Below are positions 34,465 to 43,200 of a DNA stretch of 64,000 bases, piece after piece (the stretch's first letter is position 1; each line of letters opens with the position of its first letter). The stretch is from Candidatus Woesearchaeota archaeon. Its GTDB lineage: Archaea; Nanobdellota; Nanobdellia; SCGC-AAA011-G17; CAYUTI01. The position numbers and the translations under genes were made by a program. The notes under the pieces were generated by a model. It did no database searches and was not told where the DNA came from. It saw only the letters and a program-made list of their open reading frames with translations. The stretch covers positions 40,338-104,337 of the forward strand of contig CAYUTI010000001.1 in the NCBI GenBank assembly GCA_964447685.1. Reading direction: 5' to 3'.

Positions 34465-35510
34465 GAAGAGATAAGGAATTGAGTTTAGCTGAATTGTATA
34501 GTTACTTCACTGCCAGAAAAATTAAATATAATTTCATTGGTCAAGATAAGAATATTGCTGTTTTTGATTTGCCTAAATTAGATTTCAAGAAAGTTATAAA
34601 GGATTTAGGTGGAACTGTTAAGATTGGTGAAGTAAAAGAGGTTAGTAAATTAGAGTATAAAGGTTCTAAAAATAAAATTAGATATGGACTTGATGTTTAC
34701 AAGGGAGAAGATAAGTGGGTTTTAGATGAGTTAAAACAAATTTTTAAACAAGATAAGTTAAGAGCTACAAGAGTTAAGCAAAAGTTTAGTGGAAATATCA
34801 TGCCTTCTAAATCTGTTAATTTAGATTATGAAGTTATGCTTTATGAAGATAAGGTTGCTGAAGTTATTGCTGTTTTCGATCCTAGAGAGTATAAGCGGAG
34901 GGATCAAAGACCTGTATTAGATCCTTTGAGAGTTAGTAGTATTAGATTGAGTAAGATCTTAATTAATTTGAGTCAGGCTAAAGAGGGAGATAGGTTAGTT
35001 GATCCTTTTTGTGGTGTTGGGACTATTATTCAGGAAGCTGTTTTAATGGGAATGAAAGTTGCAGGTATTGAGAAAGATAATAAGTCGGTTAAAGATGCTA
35101 GAGAAAATTTAAAATGGATTGGTAAGCATGGTTGGACTATTATGAGGGGAGATGCTTTAGAGTTAAGTAAATCTGTAAATAAAGTTGATGCTGTTGCTAC
35201 TGAACCTTATTTAGGACCTTTCTTGAAGAAATTGCCTAGTGTAAGATCTTCTAAGAAAACTATGGATGAGTTAAAAGAGATGTATTCTACATTTTTAGAT
35301 GAGTTGAGTAAGGTTTTAGAGGGTAAGGCTGCGATTATTGTACCTAGATTTAGAACTAGAGGTAAAAAACAGATTACTATGAATTTTGGAGAGTTAATTG
35401 AAAATAAAGGATTTAAGGTTGTTTCTTTGGAAAATGTAGAGTTTCCTATTATTTATTACCCTGAGAAGGCTAAACTTATTAGGGAAATATGGGTTATAGA
35501 GAAGGCGTAA
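34440..35510 (+). CDS. Trm11/Trm-G10-like RNA (guanine-N2) methyltransferase
   Basis: 'LVDPFCGVGTIIQEA' SAM motif and 'ATEPYLG' (the DPPY-type motif). AAGGAG SD precedes the ATG at 34440. Confidence 0.7.
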   Translation: MAEYIFELGRDKELSLAELYSYFTARKIKYNFIGQDKNIAVFDLPKLDFKKVIKDLGGTVKIGEVKEVSKLEYKGSKNKIRYGLDVYKGEDKWVLDELKQIFKQDKLRATRVKQKFSGNIMPSKSVNLDYEVMLYEDKVAEVIAVFDPREYKRRDQRPVLDPLRVSSIRLSKILINLSQAKEGDRLVDPFCGVGTIIQEAVLMGMKVAGIEKDNKSVKDARENLKWIGKHGWTIMRGDALELSKSVNKVDAVATEPYLGPFLKKLPSVRSSKKTMDELKEMYSTFLDELSKVLEGKAAIIVPRFRTRGKKQITMNFGELIENKGFKVVSLENVEFPIIYYPEKAKLIREIWVIEKA

Positions 35511-35543
35511 GGTTTAAAAAGGCGTTTTTTGATAGTTTTTAAT

Positions 35544-35732
35544 ATGGGAAGAATAAAAACCACAGTAATCAAGAGAACTGCAATTGAATTGCATGAAAAA
35601 CATAGTGCTAAGTTTAGCAAGGACTTTCAAAAGAATAAAAAAGTTGTTGATGAGCTAGCTGATGTTCCTTCTAAGAAATTCAGGAATATAATTGCAGGGT
35701 ATGTTACTAGATTAAAGAAACAAGAAGAGTAA
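35544..35732 (+). CDS. rps17e: 30S ribosomal protein S17e (eS17)
   Basis: 'MGRIKTTVIKRTAIELHEKH'. Confidence 0.9.
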   Translation: MGRIKTTVIKRTAIELHEKHSAKFSKDFQKNKKVVDELADVPSKKFRNIIAGYVTRLKKQEE

Positions 35733-35828
35733 TTCTTATTTTATTCTATGGAAATATTTAAATAGCTGTTTACTCTCTTAGAGTTTGATTAAGTTGAAAG
35801 ACTTAATTGGATAGGTAATAACTTAAAT

Positions 35829-36155
35829 ATGGAGAGTGATAGAATGACTGGAGAGAGTGGAGCAATTAGAGGAAGAGCAGATGACCATACTGTGTTTATA
35901 GGTCCAAAACCTTTTATGAATTATGTTACAGGGGTTGTTATGCAATTTACAACACAGGGTGCAGATGAAGTAGTGATAAAGGCAAGAGGTAAATTTATTT
36001 CTAAAGCAGTAGATATTTCTGAAGTAGCAAGTAAGAGATTTTTAGAAGGCCAAGTTGCTTTAAAAGATATTAAGATTGATAGTGAAGAATTTGAAAACAA
36101 AGAAGGAAAACAAGTTAGAGTAAGTACTATTGAATTATCTTTATCAAAACAATAG
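35829..36155 (+). CDS. albA: DNA/RNA-binding protein Alba
   Basis: 'VFIGPKPFMNYVTGVVMQF..VVIKARGKFISKAVDISE'. Confidence 0.9.
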   Translation: MESDRMTGESGAIRGRADDHTVFIGPKPFMNYVTGVVMQFTTQGADEVVIKARGKFISKAVDISEVASKRFLEGQVALKDIKIDSEEFENKEGKQVRVSTIELSLSKQ

Positions 36156-36229
36156 TTCTTTTTTTATTTTTTATTCAAAAGTTTTAAATAGTCTGAAGGA
36201 TAAATTAATTTTCATAAAGAGGTGCTTTG

Positions 36230-37933
36230 ATGGAGAATATTCTTTTAACAATGAGTGGAAACTTGTTCTTAGAGATTGGTCTCATGATTATCTTGGCTTC
36301 TTTGTTTGCAATTGTTGCTAGATTACTTAAACAACCTTTAATTCCAGCTTATGTTTTGGTAGGTATTGTTTTAGGTCCTTTGGGTGTGGGTTTAATTCAA
36401 GATATGGAAGTAATTAGAACTTTAAGTGAGATAGGTATTGCTTTCTTATTATTTGTTGTTGGTTTAGAGATGAATATTAGTAAGTTGAAAAAAGTTGGTT
36501 TTGTGGCCGGTGTTGGTGGAACAATCCAGGTTGTTTTGACTTTTGCATTGGGTTATGGATTAGCTTTATTATTAGGTTTTAATTCTATGAATTCTGTGTT
36601 TTTAGGTTTAGTCTTAGCATTTTCAAGTACGATGGTTGTTGTTAAGTTATTAAGTGATAAAAATGAGATCAGTACTTTACATGGTAGGATTGTTTTAGGT
36701 ATTTTATTGATGCAGGATATTTTAGTTATCTTAGTTTTGAGTGTTATTGGTGATTTGAGCAATGTAATGGTGATTTTCCCTGCTTTATTAAAAGGGGTGT
36801 TGTTGTTAGCTATTGTGATATTATTAAGTAAGTATGTATTGGGAAGCTTATTTAGGTTTGCTGCTAAGTCTCAGGAACTGTTATTATTATGTTCTTTAGC
36901 TGCAGTGTTTGTATTTTCTCTATTGGCAGTGTTATTAGATTTCTCAATTGTTGTTGGAGCTTTCTTAATTGGTGTTGGTTTAGCTTCTTTACCTTATAAT
37001 TTTGATATTATTGGAAGAATTAAACCTTTGAGAGATTTCTTTGCTTTGATATTCTTTGTAAGTTTAGGAATGGAAATTGTTTGGTTGAGTAATGGAGCTT
37101 TAATTCCTATGTTAGTATTTTTAGGAGCAATCATCATTTTGAAACCTTTGATAATTTTAGTAATTATAAGTCTATTTAATTATGAAAAGAGAACTGGTTT
37201 TTTAACTGCTATTTCTTTAGGGCAGATTAGTGAGTTCTCATTGATTTTAATTTCTACGGGAATGGCTTTAGGCTATGTTAATCAAGAAATACTTTCTATG
37301 ACAGTTATTTTTGCTGTAGTTAGTATAACTTTAACTACTTACTTTATTGAGTATGATAATTTGTTGTATAAGAAAATGGATTGGTTTTTAGGCGTGTTTG
37401 AGTATTTGAACACGGGTAAAAAGAGATTGGGTTATGTTGCTAAAGGAACTAAGAAGAAAGTTGTAATTTTTGGAAGTCATAGAATAGGAAGTATGGTTTT
37501 GAATAATTTGGATAAATTGAAGAGAGGAGTATTGGTTGTTGATTATGATCCTGAAATTATTGAGCAGTTAAAAGAGGAAAAAGTAAGTTGTATGTATGGA
37601 GATATTTCTAATGTTGAGATTCTTGAAAGGATCCCTTGGAAAGATGTTAAATTAGTACTGAGTACTGCTAAGAGTGAAGAAGATAATTTATTTTTGATAG
37701 AGTATGTAAAAGAAAATTATCCTAAAGTGAAAGTTATAGTTACTGCTTCTCATTTAGATGAGGCTTTGAATTTATATGAAATGGGTGCTGATTATGTTGT
37801 TGTGCCTACTATTAGTTCTGGAGATTTGGTAAGTCATCTTGTGGGTAAATTTTTAGATGGTGGTGTTGATCTGAAAAGTATGAGAAATAAGCATATTAAG
37901 CATTTATTGAATGTTGAGCTTTATGGTAAATAA
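36230..37933 (+). CDS. Kef-type monovalent cation:proton antiporter (CPA2) with C-terminal RCK/TrkA-N domain
   Basis: About 12 TM helices, then 'VVIFGSHRIGSMV' (a Rossmann GxGxxG-like motif). GAGGTG SD. Confidence 0.85.
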   Translation: MENILLTMSGNLFLEIGLMIILASLFAIVARLLKQPLIPAYVLVGIVLGPLGVGLIQDMEVIRTLSEIGIAFLLFVVGLEMNISKLKKVGFVAGVGGTIQVVLTFALGYGLALLLGFNSMNSVFLGLVLAFSSTMVVVKLLSDKNEISTLHGRIVLGILLMQDILVILVLSVIGDLSNVMVIFPALLKGVLLLAIVILLSKYVLGSLFRFAAKSQELLLLCSLAAVFVFSLLAVLLDFSIVVGAFLIGVGLASLPYNFDIIGRIKPLRDFFALIFFVSLGMEIVWLSNGALIPMLVFLGAIIILKPLIILVIISLFNYEKRTGFLTAISLGQISEFSLILISTGMALGYVNQEILSMTVIFAVVSITLTTYFIEYDNLLYKKMDWFLGVFEYLNTGKKRLGYVAKGTKKKVVIFGSHRIGSMVLNNLDKLKRGVLVVDYDPEIIEQLKEEKVSCMYGDISNVEILERIPWKDVKLVLSTAKSEEDNLFLIEYVKENYPKVKVIVTASHLDEALNLYEMGADYVVVPTISSGDLVSHLVGKFLDGGVDLKSMRNKHIKHLLNVELYGK

Positions 37934-37974
37934 CCGAAAGATTTAAATACTTATTTGTGTGTATAAATGTGTAT

Positions 37975-38316
37975 ATGAAATTTATATTGACTAAGAAGGA
38001 TATAATCGCTTTGAATCAAGAATTTGATTTTGGTACTTTGTATAATGAAGCTAATTTAGATTTTGCTTTGAGTTATGCTAAGAAAACTGAGAATTGGACA
38101 AAGGCTTTAGCTTTTTTAGTAAGAGCAATATTATTAGATCATGTTTTTGAAGAAGGAAATAAAAGAACTGCTATGTTATTAGTTAGAACTTATGTGAACT
38201 ATGAGGGTTATAAAACTTATGATGATAAACTTTTAATAATGATAAAAGAGATAATTTTAAAAAATATAACAAGTATAATCAAGATTGAGGATATGATAAA
38301 AAATGTCATCCACTAA
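37975..38316 (+). CDS. Doc/Fic-family toxin
   Basis: Fic/Doc motif 'HVFEEGNKRTA'. TATA 'ATTTAAATAC' lies about 27 nt upstream of the ATG at 37975. Confidence 0.75.
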   Translation: MKFILTKKDIIALNQEFDFGTLYNEANLDFALSYAKKTENWTKALAFLVRAILLDHVFEEGNKRTAMLLVRTYVNYEGYKTYDDKLLIMIKEIILKNITSIIKIEDMIKNVIH

Positions 38317-38548
38317 ATTTTTGAATATTGCTAAAGAAATGGTACGAAAAGATAAAGCTCTTTTTGATAGTTTGATAGAGTTTGAAAAAACTAAGAAAAT
38401 GAGAACTAAAACTAGATTGAATTTTACTATTGATAAGGCTGTTGCTGTTAAATTTAAGAAACTTTGTAGAAATAAAGGTTATAATATGAGTGCTAAAGTT
38501 GAACAGGCGATTGAAGATATTGTTGAAAAGAATAGTTCTAACAATTAA
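38303..38548 (+). CDS. ribbon-helix-helix (CopG-like) protein, putative antitoxin
   Basis: 'TRLNFTIDKAVAVKFKKLCRNKGYNMSAKVEQAIEDIV' fits a beta-strand plus two helices (RHH). It overlaps the Doc gene by 14 nt. Confidence 0.5.
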   Translation: MSSTKFLNIAKEMVRKDKALFDSLIEFEKTKKMRTKTRLNFTIDKAVAVKFKKLCRNKGYNMSAKVEQAIEDIVEKNSSNN

Positions 38549-38582
38549 ATAAATTTTTAAAGGTTTGAATTTTAATTATTTT

Positions 38583-38981
38583 ATGTTATTTTTTCAGCAT
38601 TTATTTGTGTCTATTTTGCCTTTTTTGGTAATATTTTATTTTGATATAGTTGGAGCTTTTATTTTTTTGGCTGTTAATTTGATTTTAGATTTTGATCATT
38701 ATCTTGCTTATGTTTTGAGATTTAAAAAGTTTAAAGGTTCTTATGAGTATTTCACTTCTATTAGAGGGGTTTGTGAGGATTTTTTTATTTTTCATTCAGT
38801 GGAGTTTATTTTATTGGTGTTCGTATTATCTTATTATTTTGATTATTTGTTATATGTATTTTTGGGATTGTTGGTTCATGTGCTTAGTGATGTTTATGAT
38901 TCTAAGAAACGTAAAGTAGATAGATATTTTTTGTTGGTTAAATGGATTAGAAAAGAGATATATGGCGCCAGGGAGATTTGA
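38583..38981 (+). CDS. hypothetical membrane protein
   Basis: About 4 hydrophobic segments with His/Asp residues ('DFDHY', 'HVLSDVYD'). The 3' end overlaps the minus-strand tRNA-Met. Confidence 0.4.
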   Translation: MLFFQHLFVSILPFLVIFYFDIVGAFIFLAVNLILDFDHYLAYVLRFKKFKGSYEYFTSIRGVCEDFFIFHSVEFILLVFVLSYYFDYLLYVFLGLLVHVLSDVYDSKKRKVDRYFLLVKWIRKEIYGAREI

Positions 38982-39036
38982 ACTCCCAACAACCAGCTCA
39001 TGAGACTGGTGTTCTACCAGGTTAAACTACAGCGCC
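38963..39036 (-). tRNA. tRNA-Met(CAT), elongator type (or Ile2)
   Basis: Acceptor GGCGCTG/TGGCGCC. Anticodon arm CCAGT-CTCATGA-GCTGG. T-arm GGGAG-TTCAAAT-CTCCC. Confidence 0.8.
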
Positions 39037-39063
39037 TTAGGATTTAATTTAGAATAAAGGTTT

Positions 39064-39462
39064 TTAAAGGTTTTCTTTGAGCTTTTTTAGGATTGTTTCT
39101 GTTTCGTTATCCTTATATTCTTTATTTCTCCAGTTGAATTGGAAACCGTCATCTTTGAATCTTGGGATAATGTGGAAGTGTAAATGAGGAACTGCTTGAC
39201 CTGCTGCTGGTTTATTGTTTTGCATGATGTTTATTCCGTCTGCTTCAATTGCTTTTGCTATTTTTTGAACTGTTTTAATTAGGTTTGTTAGAATGTTTTC
39301 TGGTAGTTCTTGAATAGTTTCGTAGTGTTTTTTAGGAATAACTAGAGTGTGGCCGTGGTTTATTGGTGAGATATCTAAGAATGCAAAGCTATGTTTATCT
39401 TCGTAAACAATATTTGCTGGTATTTCTTTGTTTATTATTTTACAAAATATACAGTTTTCCAT
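39064..39462 (-). CDS. HIT-family (histidine triad) nucleotide hydrolase
   Basis: 'CIFCKI' N-terminus and 'HLHFHIIPR'. Confidence 0.9.
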   Translation of the reverse strand: MENCIFCKIINKEIPANIVYEDKHSFAFLDISPINHGHTLVIPKKHYETIQELPENILTNLIKTVQKIAKAIEADGINIMQNNKPAAGQAVPHLHFHIIPRFKDDGFQFNWRNKEYKDNETETILKKLKENL

Positions 39463-39487
39463 GGTTCTTGTTTTATTTTTATTTTAT

Positions 39488-40132
39488 TTAAAGGTTGCCC
39501 CATGTGTTATCAGGGAACTGGTACTTTTGATTTTCTAAATAGAGGGGTAATTCTTCTTCCATTATTTCTTTCCATTTATTTGTAAGATCAATTAATAATT
39601 TTTTTGATGAGTATTTAATTGTTAAAGTCCCATATTTCAATTTTCTTTTTCTTTTATTATCTCCTGAATAGGGTATTGTTTTATTGAAAGAGGATATTGG
39701 AAGATTAAGTTTTTTACACCAAAATTCTTTTAATTTTTTTTCATTTTCAATATCTGCTTTTAATCTTAATCTTATTTTATCTTCATTAACATTTAATTTT
39801 CTTAAAAAGTTTATAAAGTGCCATATTAAAACTGGATCAGAATTTACGAATTCTACAGAAACGTTTCCTTTAGAGGGTTTTGTTCCTTCGCACCACCAAA
39901 TTAATAACCCTTTAAGTAAATCTTCTCTTTTTATATTTTTAAAAGAATAATTTTCCTCATGAATCTTCTTTTTGGTCTTAATTTTTCCTTGTTTAGCTAA
40001 TTTTCTTATTCTCATGCCTACAGCATTTGTAGAAACACATCCTATTTTTTTAGCTATCTCTTTATATTCTACCCCTTCTTTTCTCATTTCTATAATAAAG
40101 TCTAGTTCTTTTTTAGACCACTTCTTTTTCAT
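39488..40132 (-). CDS. HTH protein with degenerate single LAGLIDADG-like domain
   Basis: N-terminal 'WSKKELDFIIEMRKEGVEYKEIAKKIG' is HTH-like. 'LLKGLLIWWCEGTK' then 'VEFVNSDPVLIWHFINFLRKL' resembles a LAGLIDADG core. Confidence 0.35.
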   Translation of the reverse strand: MKKKWSKKELDFIIEMRKEGVEYKEIAKKIGCVSTNAVGMRIRKLAKQGKIKTKKKIHEENYSFKNIKREDLLKGLLIWWCEGTKPSKGNVSVEFVNSDPVLIWHFINFLRKLNVNEDKIRLRLKADIENEKKLKEFWCKKLNLPISSFNKTIPYSGDNKRKRKLKYGTLTIKYSSKKLLIDLTNKWKEIMEEELPLYLENQKYQFPDNTWGNL

Positions 40133-40191
40133 AAGTTATATATAGACCTTTGGAGTATATAAACTTTTTGTCTAAACTCTTGAGGTTATAA

Positions 40192-40285
40192 TGGACCTGT
40201 CGGGACTTTCGTACTTTTTTAAGTTTTCGAACCCGAGGCTTCCGCATAGCCAATGCGGCACTCTACCAGACTGAGCTACAGGCCC
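40192..40285 (-). tRNA. tRNA-Ala(GGC) with 20-nt intron in the T-loop
   Basis: Acceptor GGGCCTG/CAGGTCC. Anticodon arm CCGCA-TTGGCTA-TGCGG. T-stem TCGGG...CCCGA is interrupted, and GGG-TTCG-AAA-ACTT..AAGT-A-CGAA-AGT-CCC forms a bulge-helix-bulge. Confidence 0.75.
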
Positions 40286-40389
40286 TTAATTAGAAGTCCT
40301 ATTCTTTCCACCTTTTTTATAAACTCTATACTTTCTCTTTAGAATTTTTTCTTTCTTTGATTTTCTTTTAGTTGGAGTTGCGTATTCAG

Positions 40390-40581
40390 TCATTCTACCT
40401 TAATTGCTTTTTGAGGACAATTGAATTCACAAGCTTTACAACCTATACAATCATTAGGTCTTGCAACTTTACTTTTCTTTTCACCCTTTTCAAAAACATT
40501 TACTGGACAGAATGCTACACATTGCATTTCTTCTTTATCTTTGCATAAATTGCATTTATCACTTACTGTTGGTTTTGGCAT
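40390..40581 (-). CDS. 4Fe-4S ferredoxin
   Basis: 63 aa with 'CVAFCPVNVF' and 'CIGCKACEFNCP'. Confidence 0.85.
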   Translation of the reverse strand: MPKPTVSDKCNLCKDKEEMQCVAFCPVNVFEKGEKKSKVARPNDCIGCKACEFNCPQKAIKVE

Positions 40582-40783
40582 CTTTTTTTAACCTCTTATT
40601 CATTTTTTCAATTAGTTCATCAACTTCTTTATCTGATAAACCATGTGCTTTTGCACCTTCTTCTAAAGTTTCAAAAGCAGCCATATGGCATCCAATACAG
40701 TGCATACCTATCTCTAGTAAAGGTTCAACTGCTTCTGGATATTTCATAGCTATATCTTGTAATTTTGTTTTTTTAGTTATCAT
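40559..40783 (-). CDS. DUF1858 / hybrid-cluster-protein-associated redox disulfide protein
   Basis: 'IAMKYPEAVEPLLEIGMHCIGCHMAAFETLEEGAKAHGL' shows the typical CxxC core of this family. Confidence 0.8.
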   Translation of the reverse strand: MITKKTKLQDIAMKYPEAVEPLLEIGMHCIGCHMAAFETLEEGAKAHGLSDKEVDELIEKMNKRLKKDAKTNSK

Positions 40784-40830
40784 AGAATTCTTTAAAAGGT
40801 AATTGTTTATATGTTTTTTGTATTTGGATT

Positions 40831-41532
40831 CTATAGTTTTCTATTTAATGTAGAAATAGTTTTACTTAATAATTTTTTATAATCTTGTTTAACTGAATCT
40901 TTTGTTTTTTGGAAAGTGTCTTTAAGATCTTTAAATTTTATTTTTTGTGAGTATTTTTGTTTTGGTAGGAATTTAGTTAAAGCTAAGTATATTTTGATTA
41001 ATCTCATCCAAGAGTTAATTGTTTTTATATTTAATACTTGGAAACTGTTATTTAGTGCTTGATCTACTTCTTCTTTCTTTATATTAAAGAATTCTGCCAT
41101 ATGAACATTTAAATCATCTAAACCTGCTTTCTTGAAAGTTTCGTTATTGAAGTTTAGATTGTTTATTTCTGGGTGAGTTTTTAATAATTCTAAATCTAGA
41201 GCTAATTCTACTAAACCATGAATTACATCTGGGTGGATATTTGAGTCTTTTTTTAGGGATTTTATCTTTTTAAGAACATAACCTGCATGGACTGGATTAT
41301 CTGTTAAAATATGAGTTTGTATTCCTTTAATGAAGTATCTATAATCTCCTTTATCTTCTAAGAATTTTGCAAATCTAAGCATTGGTTTGTGATTAAAAAT
41401 AGGTTTTTTGTAAAGAAATGCTTCTAAATCTGGAAAAATAGAGCCTATTAAGTATTGTAATTGCTCTCTTTCTTTAAGTTCTCTCTTTAAAGTGTTTTGA
41501 GCTACAAATAAGTGTGTTGCTGCTGATGGCAT
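40831..41532 (-). CDS. hypothetical protein (possible metal-dependent hydrolase)
   Basis: 233 aa, His-rich ('ATHLF', 'QTHILTDNPVH', 'IHPDVIHG'). No firm family. Confidence 0.35.
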   Translation of the reverse strand: MPSAATHLFVAQNTLKRELKEREQLQYLIGSIFPDLEAFLYKKPIFNHKPMLRFAKFLEDKGDYRYFIKGIQTHILTDNPVHAGYVLKKIKSLKKDSNIHPDVIHGLVELALDLELLKTHPEINNLNFNNETFKKAGLDDLNVHMAEFFNIKKEEVDQALNNSFQVLNIKTINSWMRLIKIYLALTKFLPKQKYSQKIKFKDLKDTFQKTKDSVKQDYKKLLSKTISTLNRKL

Positions 41533-41651
41533 AGTTTTAACCTCTGATTTATGTTATTTAATATGTTTTTATGCTTTATAAATGTTACTGTTTAGTGGTG
41601 ACGAATGGAAAGGTTTAAAAAGAGTTAAAAATCTATTAAAAAATGACAAGA

Positions 41652-41675
41652 ATACATTTTACATTAAGAATGTAT
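41652..41675 (-). terminator. hairpin plus T-tract just after the glyS stop
   Basis: ATACATT-N10-AATGTAT lies 3 nt past the stop codon and is followed on the minus strand by TTTTTT. Confidence 0.4.
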
Positions 41676-41677
41676 GA

Positions 41678-43198
41678 CTAAATCTTTTTACCCGCTTTTT
41701 CAAACTTAATTTCTTGGTTTAGAAGTTTTTTTAAAGTTTCAATTAAATCTTTTCTTTTTATTCTTATTTGTTTTGTAGAATCTCTATCTCTGATTGTTAC
41801 ATCTTTCTTTTTACTATCAAAATCTATTGTAATACAGTAAGGAATACCTTGTTCATCTGCTCTAGCATATCTCCTACCTACTGAACCTGAAGTGTCATGT
41901 GTACAAGTAAATTCTGTTTTTAATTCGTCATAAACCTCTCTTGATTCTTCTTTTAGTTTGTTGGTTAAAGGAAATACTCCTACTTTTATTGGTGCTATCT
42001 TAGGATGTAAGTTAAGAACTATATTTCCACGTTTTTTATCATCATTGTAAGCATCAGTTATTACAGCTAAAAAAACACGTTCCATTCCAAATGTTGGTTC
42101 TATTACTCTAGGAATCACTTTTTGTTTTGTATCTTCATCGAAAAGTTCTAAATTCTTTTTACTTTCTTTTATATGTTGGGTTAGATCATATTGTCCTCTA
42201 TTTGCATTACCTGCTATTTCTTTTGAACCGAAAGGAAACAAATAATCTAAATCAAAAGTTGCTGAAGAATAATGTGAAAGTTCATCTTTTGTATGTTCTC
42301 TTATCTTTATATTTTTAGGGTCAATACCTAATTTATTAAACCAGATTGCTTGTTCAGCTAACCAATAAGCATGCCATTCTCCTAATTTTTTCTTTTTAAT
42401 CAAATCCTCTATCTTTGTTGTTTTTAATGTGTCTTTATCTTTCTTTTGTGTTTCTTCATCTAATAAGTTTATTTCAACATTTAGATGCTTTTTAGTTAAA
42501 AGAGAACATTTTTTCTCATCAGGATGTATAAAAAATTCAAATTCTCCAATTGTGAATTCTCTTGAACGGAATATAAAATCTCGAGGGGATATTTCATTTC
42601 TAAAACACTTTCCGATCTGAGCAATTCCAAAAGGAAGTTTTTTTCTAGTAGTTTCTGCTACATTTTTGAAATTCATAAACATAGCTTGTGCAGTTTCTCC
42701 TCTAAGGTAGACTGTAGACTTCTCTCCTTCTACTGAACCTACAGAAGTTTGGAATAATAAATTAAAATTCTTTGCACCATCAAAATTGTTAGATGAGCAG
42801 TTTGGACATTTTATTTTTTTTTCATGTATAACTTTATCTATTTCTTTATCTGAAAACCCTTCTACTTTAAGTCCAGTTTGATCTTCTATTAATTGATCTG
42901 CTCTATATCTTTCATTACATTTCTTACATTCAATTAGAGTATCTCCAAAAGAAGCTAAATGTCCTGAAGCCTTCCAAGTTCTTGGATGGGAAATGATAGA
43001 CCCTTCAATACCTGTCATATTTTCTTTATCTTGGACAAAATGTTTCCACCAGTTTGCTTTAATGTTGTTCATTAATTCTACACCTAATGGACCTAAGTCC
43101 CAGAAGCCAGATAACCCCCCATAAATTTCTGAATCAGGAAAGATGAATCCCTTTACCTTACAAAAGTTTGCTAGTTCTTCAGTTGTTAGTTTTGTCAT
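41678..43198 (-). CDS. glyS: glycine--tRNA ligase (archaeal/eukaryotic alpha2 type)
   Basis: 'FIFPDSEIYGGLSGFWDLGPLGVELMNNIK', 'FRNEISPR', 'GFGMERV'-type 'TFGMERV'. The start is set at the ATG at 43198, which abuts the Dph2-like stop. Confidence 0.9.
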   Translation of the reverse strand: MTKLTTEELANFCKVKGFIFPDSEIYGGLSGFWDLGPLGVELMNNIKANWWKHFVQDKENMTGIEGSIISHPRTWKASGHLASFGDTLIECKKCNERYRADQLIEDQTGLKVEGFSDKEIDKVIHEKKIKCPNCSSNNFDGAKNFNLLFQTSVGSVEGEKSTVYLRGETAQAMFMNFKNVAETTRKKLPFGIAQIGKCFRNEISPRDFIFRSREFTIGEFEFFIHPDEKKCSLLTKKHLNVEINLLDEETQKKDKDTLKTTKIEDLIKKKKLGEWHAYWLAEQAIWFNKLGIDPKNIKIREHTKDELSHYSSATFDLDYLFPFGSKEIAGNANRGQYDLTQHIKESKKNLELFDEDTKQKVIPRVIEPTFGMERVFLAVITDAYNDDKKRGNIVLNLHPKIAPIKVGVFPLTNKLKEESREVYDELKTEFTCTHDTSGSVGRRYARADEQGIPYCITIDFDSKKKDVTIRDRDSTKQIRIKRKDLIETLKKLLNQEIKFEKAGKKI

Positions 43199-43200
43199 TA

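Noticed and set aside
40286-40393. 35-aa basic ORF 'MTEYATPTKRKSKKEKILKRKYRVYKKGGKNRTSN', ATGA-coupled to the ferredoxin gene
   Set aside because: It is tempting as a tiny r-protein-like gene, but it ends exactly at the tRNA-Ala 5' end and contains that tRNA's TATA box (TTTATAAAAA). I recognise no family. It is kept as unproven.
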